This document shows positions 10,058 through 22,199 of a stretch of 64,000 bases of DNA, piece by piece. The stretch comes from an uncultured Gammaproteobacteria bacterium. GTDB taxonomy: Bacteria > Pseudomonadota > Gammaproteobacteria > JABCZS01. A model generated the notes under the pieces. It saw only the letters and a list, made by a program, of their open reading frames with translations. It was not told the DNA's origin and did not search any database. The position numbers and the translations under genes are program-made. The stretch is from assembly GCA_963848305.1 (NCBI GenBank), contig CAWKDC010000001.1, positions 704,001-768,000 of the forward strand. Direction: 5' to 3'. Position 1 is the stretch's first letter. Every line of letters begins with the position of its first letter.

Positions 10058-11223
10058 TTCACTGCCCTCACTGCATCCACGATTTTTTGCGCCGCATCAC
10101 TCAAACCATGCGCTGGCACAATATTCAACCCGCTGTTCGCCAATAATTGCGCACCTTCATCCGCACGGTTTCCTTCCAAACGAACCACCACAGGCACGGT
10201 CACTGAAACGGCTTTCACCGCCGAAATGATCCCTTCTGCAATCATGTCGCACCGCACGATACCGCCGAAAATATTCACGAGAATACCTTTGACAGAAGCA
10301 TCCGACAAAATGATTTTGAAGGCCTCACGTACACGTTCTTCCGTTGCGCCACCGCCGACATCCAAAAAGTTTGCAGGATCGCCACCGTGCAATTTGATGA
10401 TGTCCATTGTCGCCATCGCTAAACCTGCGCCATTCACCATACAACCAATGTTGCCATCGAGAGGAATGTAATTCAAATCCCACTCGTGTGCTTTGTTCAC
10501 ACGTTCATCTTCTTGCGAAGGATCGCGCATTGCAACCAATTCAGGTTGACGAAAACCTGCATTGTCATCCATCGTGACTTTTGCATCGAGACACAATAAA
10601 TTGCCGTCAGTTTTGATGACCAACGGATTGATCTCCAATACACTCAGATCACGCTCCACCATCATTTTACCCAAACCCATATAGAGCTGAACAAACTGTT
10701 TGGATTGGACATCGTTGAGTTTTAATTTAAAAGCTAAATCGCGAGCTTGATAAGGCAGCACGCCGATGTAGGGGTCGACTGCGACGCGATGAATTTTTTC
10801 AGGCGTATCATGTGCAACGGCCTCGATGTCTACACCCCCTTCTGTGGATGCCATGAAAACCACGCAGCCTAAACTTCTGTCAACCAGTGCGCTCAGATAT
10901 AATTCTTTCTCGATATCACAAGGCGTTTCGATCAATACTTGATTAACAGGCTGACCATTTTTATCCGTTTGATAAGTGACCAGGTGCGTGCCCAGTATAT
11001 CGTGTACAAATTTTTCAGCTTGGTCTGGATCGCTGAACAATTTCACACCACCTGCCTTACCGCGGCCACCCGCATGCACTTGCGCTTTGCAAACCCAGCG
11101 ATCACCGCCCAACATTTGCATCGCTCTTTTAGCATCGCTTCCACTGGTGACCACTTGGCCTTTTGACACAGGCAAACCATATTCAGCGAACAGCTGTTTG
11201 GCCTGGTATTCGTGTAGATTCAT
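10054..11223 (-). CDS. sucC: Succinyl-CoA synthetase beta subunit
   Basis: [42 protein letters not shown]. Confidence 0.98.
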   Translation of the reverse strand: MNLHEYQAKQLFAEYGLPVSKGQVVTSGSDAKRAMQMLGGDRWVCKAQVHAGGRGKAGGVKLFSDPDQAEKFVHDILGTHLVTYQTDKNGQPVNQVLIETPCDIEKELYLSALVDRSLGCVVFMASTEGGVDIEAVAHDTPEKIHRVAVDPYIGVLPYQARDLAFKLKLNDVQSKQFVQLYMGLGKMMVERDLSVLEINPLVIKTDGNLLCLDAKVTMDDNAGFRQPELVAMRDPSQEDERVNKAHEWDLNYIPLDGNIGCMVNGAGLAMATMDIIKLHGGDPANFLDVGGGATEERVREAFKIILSDASVKGILVNIFGGIVRCDMIAEGIISAVKAVSVTVPVVVRLEGNRADEGAQLLANSGLNIVPAHGLSDAAQKIVDAVRAVK

Positions 11224-11268
11224 CTTTGACTCCCATTTAATATACTATAAACAACCCCCGTCATTTGA

Positions 11269-11313
11269 GGGCGCAAGGGAGTTTACCCCCCGCGAAAGCG
11301 GGGGCACCCCCAC
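11269..11313 (-). repeat. REP-like hairpin repeat, copy 3
   Basis: GGGCGCAAGGGAGTTTACCCCCCGCGAAAGCGGGGGCACCCCCAC between sucB and sucC; nearly the same as 9120-9162. Confidence 0.7.
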
Positions 11314-11324
11314 GAATAACACTC

Positions 11325-12512
11325 TTACAAATCCAGCAATAAGCGTGCGGGATCTTCTAAAATATCTTTGATCGTTTTCAAGAATGACACGGATTCCTTG
11401 CCATCGATAATGCGATGATCATACGACATCGCAAGATACATCATGGGGCGTATCACAATTTGGCCATTCTCAACCACAGGACGATCTTCAATTTTGTGCA
11501 TGCCCAAAATAGCGCTTTGTGGAGGATTAATAATGGGCGTTGATAACAACGAACCAAACACGCCACCATTTGACACAGTGAATGTACCCCCCGACATGTC
11601 TTCAACCGATAATTTATTGTCACGCGCTTTCTTGGAATAGCCCATGATAGCACTTTCAATTTGCGCCAAATTCATGTTGTTCACATCACGGATGATCGGC
11701 ACAACCAAACCACGTTCAGTCGAGACAGCGACACCAATATCAAAATAGTTGTGATAAATCACGTCATTGCCATCAATGCTTGCATTGACGGAGGGAAAAC
11801 GTTTCAGTGCTTCCACAGCTGCTTTCACAAAAAATGACATGAAACCCAATTTTACGCCATGTTTTTCGAAGAAATCATCTTTATATTTTGCCCTGATATC
11901 GCTCACCGCTTTCAAGTTCACTTCATTGAACGTGGTTAAAATCGCTGCATTGTGTTGCGCACTCATGAGACGCTCTGCGATGCGTTGACGCAAACGAGTC
12001 ATCGGGACACGTTCCTCCATGCGCTCGCCCACAGCTTGAACAAATGGAGCCGCAGGCGCACGAGGGGCGGAAACTGGTGTCGCAGCTGGCGTGCCAATCT
12101 TTTGCAGTATATCCGCCGTGGTCACACGTCCGCCTTTGCCCGTACCAGACACCGAGCTGGTATCTACGCCGTGCTCTGCAGCCGTGCGTCTCGCAGCAGG
12201 CCCTGCCACAGCCGCAGATGTTTGTGCAGGGGCAGAAGCCACAGGAGCCGAAGCAGCTGGCGCTGCAGCAGCACCTTCTTCAAATAAAGCAATGACTTCT
12301 TCTGCTTTCACAACGCTGCCAGCAGGTTTGAGGATTTGTTTCAACACGCCGTCATGTGGGGCAGGTACTTCTAACATGACTTTGTCTGTCTCAATGTCCA
12401 CGATATTTTCATCGCGTTTGACAAAATCACCTACTTTTTTATGCCACGTGGACACCGTCGCATCAGCCACGGATTCAGGCAAAACGGGTACTTTCACTTC
12501 AATAGTCGTCAT
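11325..12512 (-). CDS. sucB: Dihydrolipoyllysine-residue succinyltransferase (E2)
   Basis: Lipoyl motif ETDKV, E3-binding GTGKGGRV, catalytic DHRIIDG. Confidence 0.98.
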   Translation of the reverse strand: MTTIEVKVPVLPESVADATVSTWHKKVGDFVKRDENIVDIETDKVMLEVPAPHDGVLKQILKPAGSVVKAEEVIALFEEGAAAAPAASAPVASAPAQTSAAVAGPAARRTAAEHGVDTSSVSGTGKGGRVTTADILQKIGTPAATPVSAPRAPAAPFVQAVGERMEERVPMTRLRQRIAERLMSAQHNAAILTTFNEVNLKAVSDIRAKYKDDFFEKHGVKLGFMSFFVKAAVEALKRFPSVNASIDGNDVIYHNYFDIGVAVSTERGLVVPIIRDVNNMNLAQIESAIMGYSKKARDNKLSVEDMSGGTFTVSNGGVFGSLLSTPIINPPQSAILGMHKIEDRPVVENGQIVIRPMMYLAMSYDHRIIDGKESVSFLKTIKDILEDPARLLLDL

Positions 12513-15299
12513 ATTGTCTCCAAGGCTTGCGCCACCAGTGCTGTCTGTTGTTCAACATGTAAACTGTGATAACCTGTTGCTGGCGAAGCAGAGGCATCAC
12601 GGCCCGCATAACTCAATGTTTGATGTTTGGCCAATGAGGCGCGAAGATGGTGTTGCGTACAATACCATGCACCTTGATTTTCAGGTTCTTCTTGACACCA
12701 GACCACATCGTTTGCATTGGCATATCCCGCCAAGCATTCTGTCAAAGCTTTTTGAGGGAACGGATACAACTGTTCCACGCGAATGATCGCGACATTGCTC
12801 AATCCTGCATCCCGTTTCTTCTGCAACAGATCGTAATAAACTTTTCCACCACACACCACCACACGCGTCACATTATTGACAGGTGTTTTGTCCATGTCTG
12901 GAATAATTTCCTGGAAATGTCCGTTGAACAGTTCAGCCTTTGTCGACACCGCTGATTTATGACGCAATAAACTTTTCGGCGACATCACCACCAACGGTTT
13001 ACGGAAACGCTGCAACATTTGTCGGCGCAACAAATGGTAAATTTGCGCAGGCGTAGTAGGCGTGCACACCTGCATGTTGTGTTCAGCACACAATTGCAGG
13101 TAACGTTCCAAGCGTGCTGAAGAATGCTCAGGCCATGCCTTCATACCCATGTGGCAATAACATGGTCAAGCCGCAGTAGCGGTTCCATTTGGATTCTGCT
13201 GAACAAATAAATTGATCCATCACCACTTGTGCACCATTGGCGAAATCACCAAATTGGGCTTCCCATATGACCAATGAACGGGGCTCCGTACTGGAATAGC
13301 CATACTCAAAGGCCAATACAGCCTCTTCAGAGAGTAATGAATCGATCACGGTGAAATGATGTGGTTTTGAAATGGTCGATAAAGGGATATATTGCTCATC
13401 ATTTTTTTGCTCGTGCAATACAGCATGACGATGCGCAAACGTTCCTCGACCACAATCCTGCCCGCTCAAGCGTACAGAATACCCTTCTTTCAGTAAGGTG
13501 GCATATGCCATGGTTTCGGCAAATCCCCAATCGAATGGCAACTCACCAGCAGCCATTTTTTCACGGTCGGTATAGACTTTTTTCACTTGTGTTTGCAATT
13601 CAAATGTGGCAGGAATGCTTGTCACTGCTTTTGACAATGCATCAAACGTTTTTTCGTCTACCGTGGTATCTGCTGGCTTATCCCAATTGACTGTTAAAAA
13701 TGGTTTCCAGACATCTTTAAAGGGATTATCTGCATTTTCAACTAAATGAGTCACCGTGATTTTTCCTGCATCAAGTTGATCACGGTAGCGATCCACATAG
13801 GCTTCTGATTCATTTTGAGTGATGATTTTATCGGCAATCAAACGATCGGCATATATCGCGCGAGTGGTCGCATGCGCGCGGATATGCTGATACATCACAG
13901 GTTGGGTGGCAGCAGGTTCATCCGCTTCGTTGTGTCCATATCGACGATAACACACTAAATCAAGGACGATGTCTTTTTTAAACTTTTCGCGGTAATCAAA
14001 TGCAATATTGGCGATAAAAATGGCCGCATCAGGATCATCCATATTGATATGGAAAACAGGCGCTTCAATCATTTTGGCAATATCAGTGCAATAAGGTGTT
14101 GAGCGACTGTCCTCTGGATTAGATGTGGTAAATCCGACTTGGTTGTTAATCACGAGATGTACGGTACCACCCGTTTTATACCCGCGAGTCTGAGACATGT
14201 TCAATGTTTCCATGACACAGCCTTGCCCTGCAAAAGCAGCGTCCCCGTGGATGGCAATGGGTAACACTTGACTACCCGTCCAATCTTCGCGCCGTTCTTG
14301 TCGCGCACGAGCAGAACCTTCGACCACAGGCACCACAATTTCAAGATGCGAAGGATTGGATGCTAAGGATAAATGAACCACTGATTTATCTGTTTTAACA
14401 TCAGATGAAAAACCTTGGTGGTATTTTACATCGCCTGAACCAAAGGGTGCTTTGCGTTTGCCTTCAAATTCTTCGAATAATTCCGAGGGGGGTTTTCCTA
14501 ATAAGTTTACGAGCACATTCAAACGCCCACGGTGAGCCATGCCGATCACAACTTCTTGCATGTCCTGAGAACCCGCGCGCATGATGATTTGATCCAACAT
14601 CGGAATCAAGGTTTCGCCACCTTCGAGTGAAAAACGTTTTTGTCCGACATATTTATTGTGCAAATAACGCTCTAGACCTTCAGCAGCAGCGAGTTGTGTA
14701 TACACACGCTTGCGCAACTCAGGACCAAGTGTTGCCGTTCGATTGTCCACTTCAAAACGGGCTTGCAACCAGTCTTTTTCAACTTGTGATTCAATGTATG
14801 ACCACTGGGCACCCACTGTGCCAGTGTACATTTTTTCAAGCAGTGCGATGATTTCTTTCAATGTGGCTTGTTTTTTAAAGCTGAAAGGCGTTTCAAACGT
14901 GGTGTTCAGATCTTTTTCAGTTAAACCGTGAAATGCCAACGTTAATTCGCGCGGCGTTTCACGCTTCCACATGCCCAGTGGATCAATATCGGCTTTATGG
15001 TGACCCAGCGCACGGTATGACTCGATCAACTGATTCACTTCAATTTGTTTCTCGCTCACCGTAGCAGAAGCAGCAACTTGAACAACTGGTTGTTGCGCCA
15101 ATGCTAAAAACTTCGCCTGAATCGGCCGATGGGCAACGTCTTTCGCGCCTGCCCTCACGCTAGAAAAATAACGTTGCCATTCTGCATCGACTGAAGCCGG
15201 ATCATTTAAATAGGATTCGTAAAGTGATTCAATGTAAGCGCCACCATTTGAAATGGTGGATGAATTGACTAATTGGTTGTATGTATCGTTGTTTGACAT
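12509..15299 (-). CDS. sucA: 2-oxoglutarate dehydrogenase E1, frameshift at ~13132
   Basis: [36 protein letters not shown]. The conserved [15 protein letters not shown] is split across two ORFs. Confidence 0.96.
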
Positions 15300-15309
15300 T
15301 CCAAAAACC

Positions 15310-16048
15310 TCATTGTTTGTCAGCGTGATCTTTCAACATTTCTTGACGAATGTGCGCTATGGCTTTCGTGGGATTTAAATCTTTCGGGCACACATCCACA
15401 CAATTCATGATGCCATGGCAGCGGTATAAACTGTAGGCATCTTCAAATTGTTCCAAGCGCTTTTCGGTGGAGTCGTCTCTTGTGTCGACAATAAAACGGA
15501 AGGCCTGCAACAATGCAGCGGGCCAAAAATTTATCGGGGTTCCACCAAAATGATGGGCAAGACGTGGTGCAGCAAGCGCAAAGAATGCACTCATATAGAC
15601 CATCTAATTTTTCACGATCAGCGGGTGATTGTAAACGTTCTTTTTCAGGAGCAGGTTTGCTGTTTTGCAAATAGGGCTGAATTTTTTCGTAATGGGCATA
15701 AAACTGTGTCATATCAACAATCAAATCACGAATGACGGGTAATGAGGGTAAGGGACGAATTTGAATGGGTTGTTTGAATGCAGAAACAGGGTTGACACAG
15801 GTCAACACGTTTTTACCATTCACACTCATACCATCAGAGCCACAAACACCTTCACCACAAGAATGGCGAAACCCCAAAGTAGGATCCATTTCCTTGATTT
15901 TTTTGAGGGCGGTAAGCAGCATCATGTCGTGGCCGTCCTCGATGTCGAGGGTATAGGACTGCATGCGCGGCTTCTCATCGATTTCTGGATTGTATCGATA
16001 AATCGAAAATTCAACTGTTTTCATCGCGTTGGTTGCGGACATATTCAA
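15310..16048 (-). CDS. sdhB: Succinate dehydrogenase iron-sulfur subunit, frameshift at ~15522
   Basis: SCGEGVCGSD, CILCACCTTSCP, CHGIMNCVDVCPK. FLGPAALL is split across two ORFs. Confidence 0.96.
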
Positions 16049-16053
16049 CTCCT

Positions 16054-17826
16054 CTAATAGACCCGGGCTTTTGGTTCAAAAGGATCCATGGATGTCGGTT
16101 TGAAATTCACGGGTCTTTCTTTGATCTCACCATTGGCGAAGTAATCAAGGTGCTTCAACCAATGTGCATCATCGCGCTCGGGGAAATCACTGCGGGCATG
16201 GGCGCCGCGGCTTTCTTGTCGTTTGAATGCAGCGGTTGCGGTGGCAATGGCCACTTCCATGAGATTATCCATTTCCAAGGCTTCAATGCGAGAAGTGTTG
16301 AACACTTCACTTTTATCGGTGAGAACCGCACGCTGCAATCGTTCGCGCAGTTTTTTCAATTTTTCCAAGCCTTCTTGCATGTGCTCAGCTGTTCTAAACA
16401 CACCAAAATCATTTTGCATGACTTGTTTCATATCACGACGCACATCTGTAAAGCGTTCCCCTTCCCCACTGTTATTCCAACGGTTGAGACGAACCAATGC
16501 ATTGTCTACATCAGCGGGCGCAAAAGATTCAAGCGGCGCTTCATTTTTCTCAATGGCATCTGAAAGGAACAACCCAGCTGCACGTCCAAACACGACCAAA
16601 TCGAGTAGTGAATTGCCGCCCAGACGATTGGCACCGTGAACAGACACGCATGCACACTCCCCAATGGCGAATAACCCTTGAACGAGATGATCTTTTCCAT
16701 CCGCGCCCATGGTGATGACCTGACCGTGCACATTGGTCGGTACGCCTCCCATCATATAATGGCAGGTTGGCACCACTGGGATAGGCGCATAGACAGGATC
16801 CACGTGCGCGAATGTTTTCGCCAACTCACGGATACCAGGCAAACGGCTAGCAATCAGTTCTTCACCGAGATGTTCCAATTTTAAGTTAATGAAATCCCCA
16901 TTGGGACCACAGCCGCGGCCTTCACGAATTTCAATCATCATCGAACGGGCAACGACATCGCGTGAAGCCAAATCTTTGGCTTTCGGAGCATAACGCTCCA
17001 TGAAACGTTCGCCATTTTTATTGACAAGGTAACCGCCTTCACCGCGACATCCTTCCGTGACCAAAACACCCGCGCCGGCAATACCGGTAGGATGAAATTG
17101 CCAAAACTCGATGTCTTGCACAGGATAACCTGCGCGCAGCGCCATGCCTAAACCATCGCCCGTGTTGATGTGCGCATTCGTCGTCGACGAGAAAATTTGC
17201 CCAGCACCCCCTGTCGCAAGCACCACTGCGCGCGCGTGAAAGAAACACACTTCGCCTGTCGCCATGCACAGCGCCACAACGCCAACAACCGCATTCTCTT
17301 TATTTTTCACGAGATCAATGGCGTACCATTCGCTGAAAAATGTGGTGCCCTCTTTTAAATTTTGTTGATATAACGTATGCAACAACGCATGGCCTGTTCT
17401 ATCGGCCACTGCGCAGGTACGGGCTGCTTGCTCGCCCCCGAAATTTTTGGATTGTCCCCCAAAACGACGCTGATAAATACGGCCGCTGTCGAGGCGTGAA
17501 AAGGGCATGCCCATGTGTTCAAGTTCATACACGCTCGGTAATGCTTCGCGACACATATATTCAATCGCGTCTTGATCCCCCAAATAATCTGACCCTTTCA
17601 CGGTGTCGAACATGTGCCAACGCCAATCGTCTTCGTCGTCATTTCCAAGGGCTGCGTTGATGCCGCCTTGGGCAGAGACCGTGTGAGAGCGCGTGGGAAA
17701 TACCTTGGAAATAACGGCCACTTTTTTGCCTTTTGTAGCCAATTCGGATGAAGCGCGCAGGCCTGCGCCGCCGCCGCCAATCACCAGTACATCAAATTCA
17801 AGCGTTTTGATCGTCGATTCAGACAT
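16054..17826 (-). CDS. sdhA: Succinate dehydrogenase flavoprotein subunit
   Basis: [39 protein letters not shown]. Confidence 0.98.
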   Translation of the reverse strand: MSESTIKTLEFDVLVIGGGGAGLRASSELATKGKKVAVISKVFPTRSHTVSAQGGINAALGNDDEDDWRWHMFDTVKGSDYLGDQDAIEYMCREALPSVYELEHMGMPFSRLDSGRIYQRRFGGQSKNFGGEQAARTCAVADRTGHALLHTLYQQNLKEGTTFFSEWYAIDLVKNKENAVVGVVALCMATGEVCFFHARAVVLATGGAGQIFSSTTNAHINTGDGLGMALRAGYPVQDIEFWQFHPTGIAGAGVLVTEGCRGEGGYLVNKNGERFMERYAPKAKDLASRDVVARSMMIEIREGRGCGPNGDFINLKLEHLGEELIASRLPGIRELAKTFAHVDPVYAPIPVVPTCHYMMGGVPTNVHGQVITMGADGKDHLVQGLFAIGECACVSVHGANRLGGNSLLDLVVFGRAAGLFLSDAIEKNEAPLESFAPADVDNALVRLNRWNNSGEGERFTDVRRDMKQVMQNDFGVFRTAEHMQEGLEKLKKLRERLQRAVLTDKSEVFNTSRIEALEMDNLMEVAIATATAAFKRQESRGAHARSDFPERDDAHWLKHLDYFANGEIKERPVNFKPTSMDPFEPKARVY

Positions 17827-17829
17827 GCT

Positions 17830-18177
17830 TTATAGCCCCCACAGAATGACAAAACCCCAACCGAGGCAAACCAGCAACACCGCAGCCGAGGCCCATAAAA
17901 ACAAACAACGCAACGCGCCATGCAGATAATCTGTGGCCACAGACCAGATGCCTACCCATGCGTGCAAACAAAGCGCAGCGACGGCCAATAACGTCGGTGC
18001 CTTCATCCATGAAGGTTGAAACCAGCTGACCCAAACGCTGTATGATAAAGGCTCTGGGTGCAGTGCCAATGCGGCTATTAGTACGAATAAATAAATAGCC
18101 AATATAACAGCCGATACGCGCTGCATGATCCAGTCGAATGTGCCGGTGCTCCCAAGTGCGCCAGTTGGCTTCACCAT
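17830..18177 (-). CDS. sdhD: Succinate dehydrogenase membrane anchor
   Basis: DWIMQRVSA, HAWVGIWSVATDY; lies between sdhC and sdhA. Confidence 0.92.
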   Translation of the reverse strand: MVKPTGALGSTGTFDWIMQRVSAVILAIYLFVLIAALALHPEPLSYSVWVSWFQPSWMKAPTLLAVAALCLHAWVGIWSVATDYLHGALRCLFLWASAAVLLVCLGWGFVILWGL

Positions 18178-18547
18178 AATATCACTCCTCCCGCCAATAC
18201 GGCGAATATACCTGACAAAATGATCACGGCAAAGGCGCCCATGCGCCCACCGCTTTTCGTGTCGCCCATGCCCATGTCCATGAAAAGGTGACGGATGCCC
18301 GCGACCAAATGGTAAAACAAGGCCGAGAGAAATGCCCAGAGCAACAACGCCAACGGTAAGCAATCACGCAATGTGATGACTTCCATCAAACCCGCTTCAC
18401 TGGACAAGCTTTTTTGAAAGCCCATAACATGGCAGGGATACATAAAAAGAGGAACACACCCGAAACCCGGTGCAGGATGGAGGCTATGGCAGTGACAGGG
18501 AACCTGAATTGCCATAAATTAAGGTAAACGACTTGTTTTTTGCTCAC
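18171..18547 (-). CDS. sdhC: Succinate dehydrogenase cytochrome b556 subunit, frameshift at ~18420
   Basis: FPVTAIASILHRVSG in one frame and YHLVAGIRHLFMD in another; GTG start at 18547. Confidence 0.92.
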
Positions 18548-18662
18548 GAAGAACCACCTTGTATGGTTAATTTGAAGCGATATTATATACCTATTTGCGC
18601 AATTTAGGGTAATATACCTCTCGTCACTGAAGATGCGCGGCACGAACTTGGAGATAAAACGC

Positions 18663-19965
18663 ATGAGCAAGCAAAACGCAACGCTGTTGATTGAAGGCGT
18701 CACACTTGAATTACCTATACGCCATGGCACCATGGGGCCTAGCGTTTTTGACATTGGTTCAATTATTAAAACGCCTATTGGTGAGAACGGCGTTTTCTCA
18801 TTTGATCCGGGTTTCACCGCCACCGCTGCGTGCGAATCTAAGATCACTTTTATTGATGGAGACAAAGGTTCCCTCCTCCATCGCGGTTACCCGATTGAAC
18901 AGTTGGCAGATCATTCTGATTATATGGAAGTCTGTTACCTCTTGTTGCGTGGCCAATTGCCCAATAAAACTGAAAAATTTCAATTTATTCAAAACATCAA
19001 ATCGCACACCATGGTGCATGAACAAATGCACCTCTTTTTTAACGGCTTCCCACGTCATGCACATCCCATGGCTATCATGGTCGGTGTGGTCGGTGCCCTG
19101 TCTGCGTTTTATCATGACTCCTTGGATATCAATAATCCTGAACACCGTGAAATAGCCGCGTACCGCTTGGTCGCTAAAATGCCGACTTTGGCCGCGATGT
19201 GCTACAAATATTCTATCGGTCAGCCTTTCATGTATCCGCAAAATCGCTTGAGTTACACGGCGAATTTCTTACACATGATGTATGACACCCCATGTGATAA
19301 TATCCACGATCCTAACCCCGTGCTTGAGCGTGCGATGGATATCATTTTCATGCTGCACGCAGATCACGAACAAAATGCGTCCACCTCCACTGTGCGCTTA
19401 GCGGGTTCGTCAGGCGCCAACCCCTTTGCTTGTATTGCATCAGGCATTGCTGCATTATGGGCCCGCGCATGGCGGTGCAAACGAAGCAGTCATCAACATG
19501 TTGCAAGAAATTGGCGATGTCAAAAACATTCCCGCTTGCATCAAGCGCGCGAAAGATAAAAATGACAATTTCCGCCTCATGGGCTTTGGTCACCGTGTTT
19601 ACAAAAATTATGATCCACGGGCCAAAGTGATGCGGAAAACCTGTTACGAAGTGTTGAAAGAATTGGGCGTTGAAAACGATCCACTCTTTCAAATTGCACT
19701 CGAATTGGAACGTATAGCACTCGAAGACGATTATTTCATCGAAAAGAAATTATACCCCAATGTAGATTTCTACTCGGGCATTATCTTGCGCGCCATGGGC
19801 GTTCCGACCAACATGTTCACAGTGATTTTCGCATTGGCACGTACGGTTGGCTGGATTGCACATTGGAGTGAAATGATGAGTGACCCAGACAGACGCATTG
19901 CTCGCCCACGTCAGTTATACACTGGAGCAACATTGCGTGATTTTGTGCCGCTGAATCAGCGATAG
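18663..19965 (+). CDS. gltA: Citrate synthase (type II), frameshift at ~19460
   Basis: [20 protein letters not shown]|GPAHGGANE split across frames, [16 protein letters not shown]. Confidence 0.97.
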
Positions 19966-19966
19966 C

Positions 19967-19993
19967 AAAAAGGGGCAGTTTTTCGCCCCCTTT
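19967..19993. terminator. Probable bidirectional intrinsic terminator
   Basis: AAAAAGGGGC-AGTTTTTC-GCCCCCTTT between convergent gltA and the 728-aa ORF. Confidence 0.75.
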
Positions 19994-19996
19994 CTA

Positions 19997-22183
19997 TCAT
20001 TTAACGTCATTTTTCGATGAACTGCTTGCGGCAGGTTCTGCTGCTTGAGAGATCTTGGCTTGCAGCTGGAGTTTGACCAACCATGCATAGTCTTTGTTGT
20101 GCAAAGCTGGCAGTTTCGACAACACCTGAGCCGCATCATTTGGATTGATATGCTCCAGCGCAGCAACCCAAATGCGGTACACTCTTTCAGATCTAGCACG
20201 CCTCTCTCTTGCCCTGCTTCCAGAAAAATCAGGATAAGCGCTTATGTTGACAGGTTGGCACAAATAAGCCATCATTTTCTCAACATATATTGTTCTGTCC
20301 GCCGGGCGCATGTATGCGACAAACGTCAACAGCATTTTAAATTCCCTGTCAAAGTCTTCCTGTTCACCTAAACAGGACATCCGTTTCTCGATCAACGGCT
20401 CTAGTATTGTTGACGGTTTATAACCGCGCATCATCATTTTCTGCAATGCATCACAATATGAGTCAGGCATAGTATTTAAATATTTTAACGCCTTCTCCAA
20501 CAATTCCCATAGCGCATTCATTTGCTCATCAGAAAATGTGGCACTCGATGATGCATACAATACGCACGCGGCATAAAGCGCAGGATTATAGGGTACGTCG
20601 CCTGCTGGGAGGTTTTCAACAGGGTTCTCATCTACATTTTCATTTGCGTTCCCAGGAGGGGGGCCATAAAGATCTTCATAAGCATAGTCATGGATCGTTG
20701 GAATATCATTTTCACCAGGATTTTCATCTAAATTTTCATTATCGTTTCGATGGAATTGTGTAAAATAGGTTTGATAGAGGTATTCATTAAGGTCTCCACC
20801 CGTGTATGCTGGATCGATGCCTTCATCAGCATTCTCATCAATTGAATGGCTGACTTCCAACAATTTATCCATCACATACATTGCTTGTTCGCTTGTATAA
20901 CGAAAGCCTAGTCTCCCCAATCCTTCGATCGCCTTGACTTGCCAGTCCTCATGCGCAAAGGTATCACCGCTGATGTCTTCCAGATGAGCGCTCATCCAAT
21001 CAATAATATGAGTCATTTGTACATCATTAAATTTTGCTGCCTCTGCTATTTCAATGATGTTACTTAAACTTGTCATGAAAGCATTATAGTTATTTCCCTG
21101 TTTGCTTATCCTATAAAATTTTTCGATCACCCAATCAGCATCCTCTTCAGTCAGCTTATCAGCATAAATAGTGATTGCCCGCCCTAATTGGATGAGAAAA
21201 GTGATACTCCTCAATCTCGATACCTCTACTTGCCGCGCGAGATGATGTGCGACTTCTTTTTTCCTGGCATCATCCAAACGAACAAAAAGCATCGTCAGTA
21301 CATCTGCCCCTAATATGGCCTGACCTGGATTCTCATTTTTAATGAGCGCTAAAGACATGTCCGTCATGCTATTCACTGTGTGGACATCACTCTGTACAAT
21401 CAACTGCTTTAAATATCCCACTTTATCAAGCCAACCGGGTTCAAATAGATCCACAATTGAGTTCGTACTCAATAAGATCATTTCATCGAACAGCTTCAAC
21501 GCTTTTGCACTCACTCCACTAGGTCCCATGACGGGAAGTTCAAATACAAGCAATGCATCCTCTAGCAAGGATTTGATGTTAAATTGACGTCTGTTCTCAA
21601 CGGTCGGCAGGTCGCAATAAAGCAGAGATCCGTTATTGTTGAGCTCACGATAGTATTGTTCGACAAACTGTGCCTTCTGCGACTCATCTAATCGCTTACC
21701 TATTGCAATCATGTTTTTGTATGTAGACATCAGCTTGTCAAACCTTATGCCATTTGTGAGCGGGTTGTACTCTCCTTGGCGATATGTAGCTATGGCATTA
21801 AAAAGTTGAGATGTGATGGCGTTGAATTGATCACTGGAAAATTCATACGTAAAAATGTTTAACCGATCAGACAAGTCTACGCCGGGTGAAGACATGATCG
21901 CATCATATAAATCATTGATTTCGACTTGAATGCCCTGAGGATCTCGATATACCCATTTTTGTAAGATCAAAGCACAGAGCCGATGATGTTCGACAGGTGC
22001 TGTGTGATCTTTTAAAGAGGCAGTGAGTATTGCCTTCCATCTAGTCTTTTCTGCTTCAGGCATGATCGCATTGCGTGCCAGAAGTTCCTTCATGCACTTG
22101 AGTTGCATGTCACGGCCTTTGTCGCCGCTTTGGTTAAAAATGGTCGCGCAAGAGGCGTAATCATACTGATAATGGTACATCAT
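19997..22183 (-). CDS. Hypothetical helical protein (728 aa), paralog of 23069..25054
   Basis: Long ORF sharing N-terminal LKCMxELLARN...ASLxDHTAPVE and C-terminal LSKLPALHNKDY with the 661-aa ORF. Confidence 0.8.
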   Translation of the reverse strand: MMYHYQYDYASCATIFNQSGDKGRDMQLKCMKELLARNAIMPEAEKTRWKAILTASLKDHTAPVEHHRLCALILQKWVYRDPQGIQVEINDLYDAIMSSPGVDLSDRLNIFTYEFSSDQFNAITSQLFNAIATYRQGEYNPLTNGIRFDKLMSTYKNMIAIGKRLDESQKAQFVEQYYRELNNNGSLLYCDLPTVENRRQFNIKSLLEDALLVFELPVMGPSGVSAKALKLFDEMILLSTNSIVDLFEPGWLDKVGYLKQLIVQSDVHTVNSMTDMSLALIKNENPGQAILGADVLTMLFVRLDDARKKEVAHHLARQVEVSRLRSITFLIQLGRAITIYADKLTEEDADWVIEKFYRISKQGNNYNAFMTSLSNIIEIAEAAKFNDVQMTHIIDWMSAHLEDISGDTFAHEDWQVKAIEGLGRLGFRYTSEQAMYVMDKLLEVSHSIDENADEGIDPAYTGGDLNEYLYQTYFTQFHRNDNENLDENPGENDIPTIHDYAYEDLYGPPPGNANENVDENPVENLPAGDVPYNPALYAACVLYASSSATFSDEQMNALWELLEKALKYLNTMPDSYCDALQKMMMRGYKPSTILEPLIEKRMSCLGEQEDFDREFKMLLTFVAYMRPADRTIYVEKMMAYLCQPVNISAYPDFSGSRARERRARSERVYRIWVAALEHINPNDAAQVLSKLPALHNKDYAWLVKLQLQAKISQAAEPAASSSSKNDVK

Positions 22184-22199
22184 TCATTTCCAATTTATT

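Noticed and set aside
9378-17929. Many plus-strand ORFs up to 231 aa (e.g. 12091..12786, 9914..10471, 16033..16563)
   Set aside because: These are antisense shadows of suc/sdh genes with no motifs.
12509-19965. Decay of the TCA cycle (sucA, sdhB, sdhC and gltA as pseudogenes)
   Set aside because: Each gene has one small indel at or compatible with a GGNCC site and otherwise intact motifs, with no in-frame stops. Read error is the simpler explanation.
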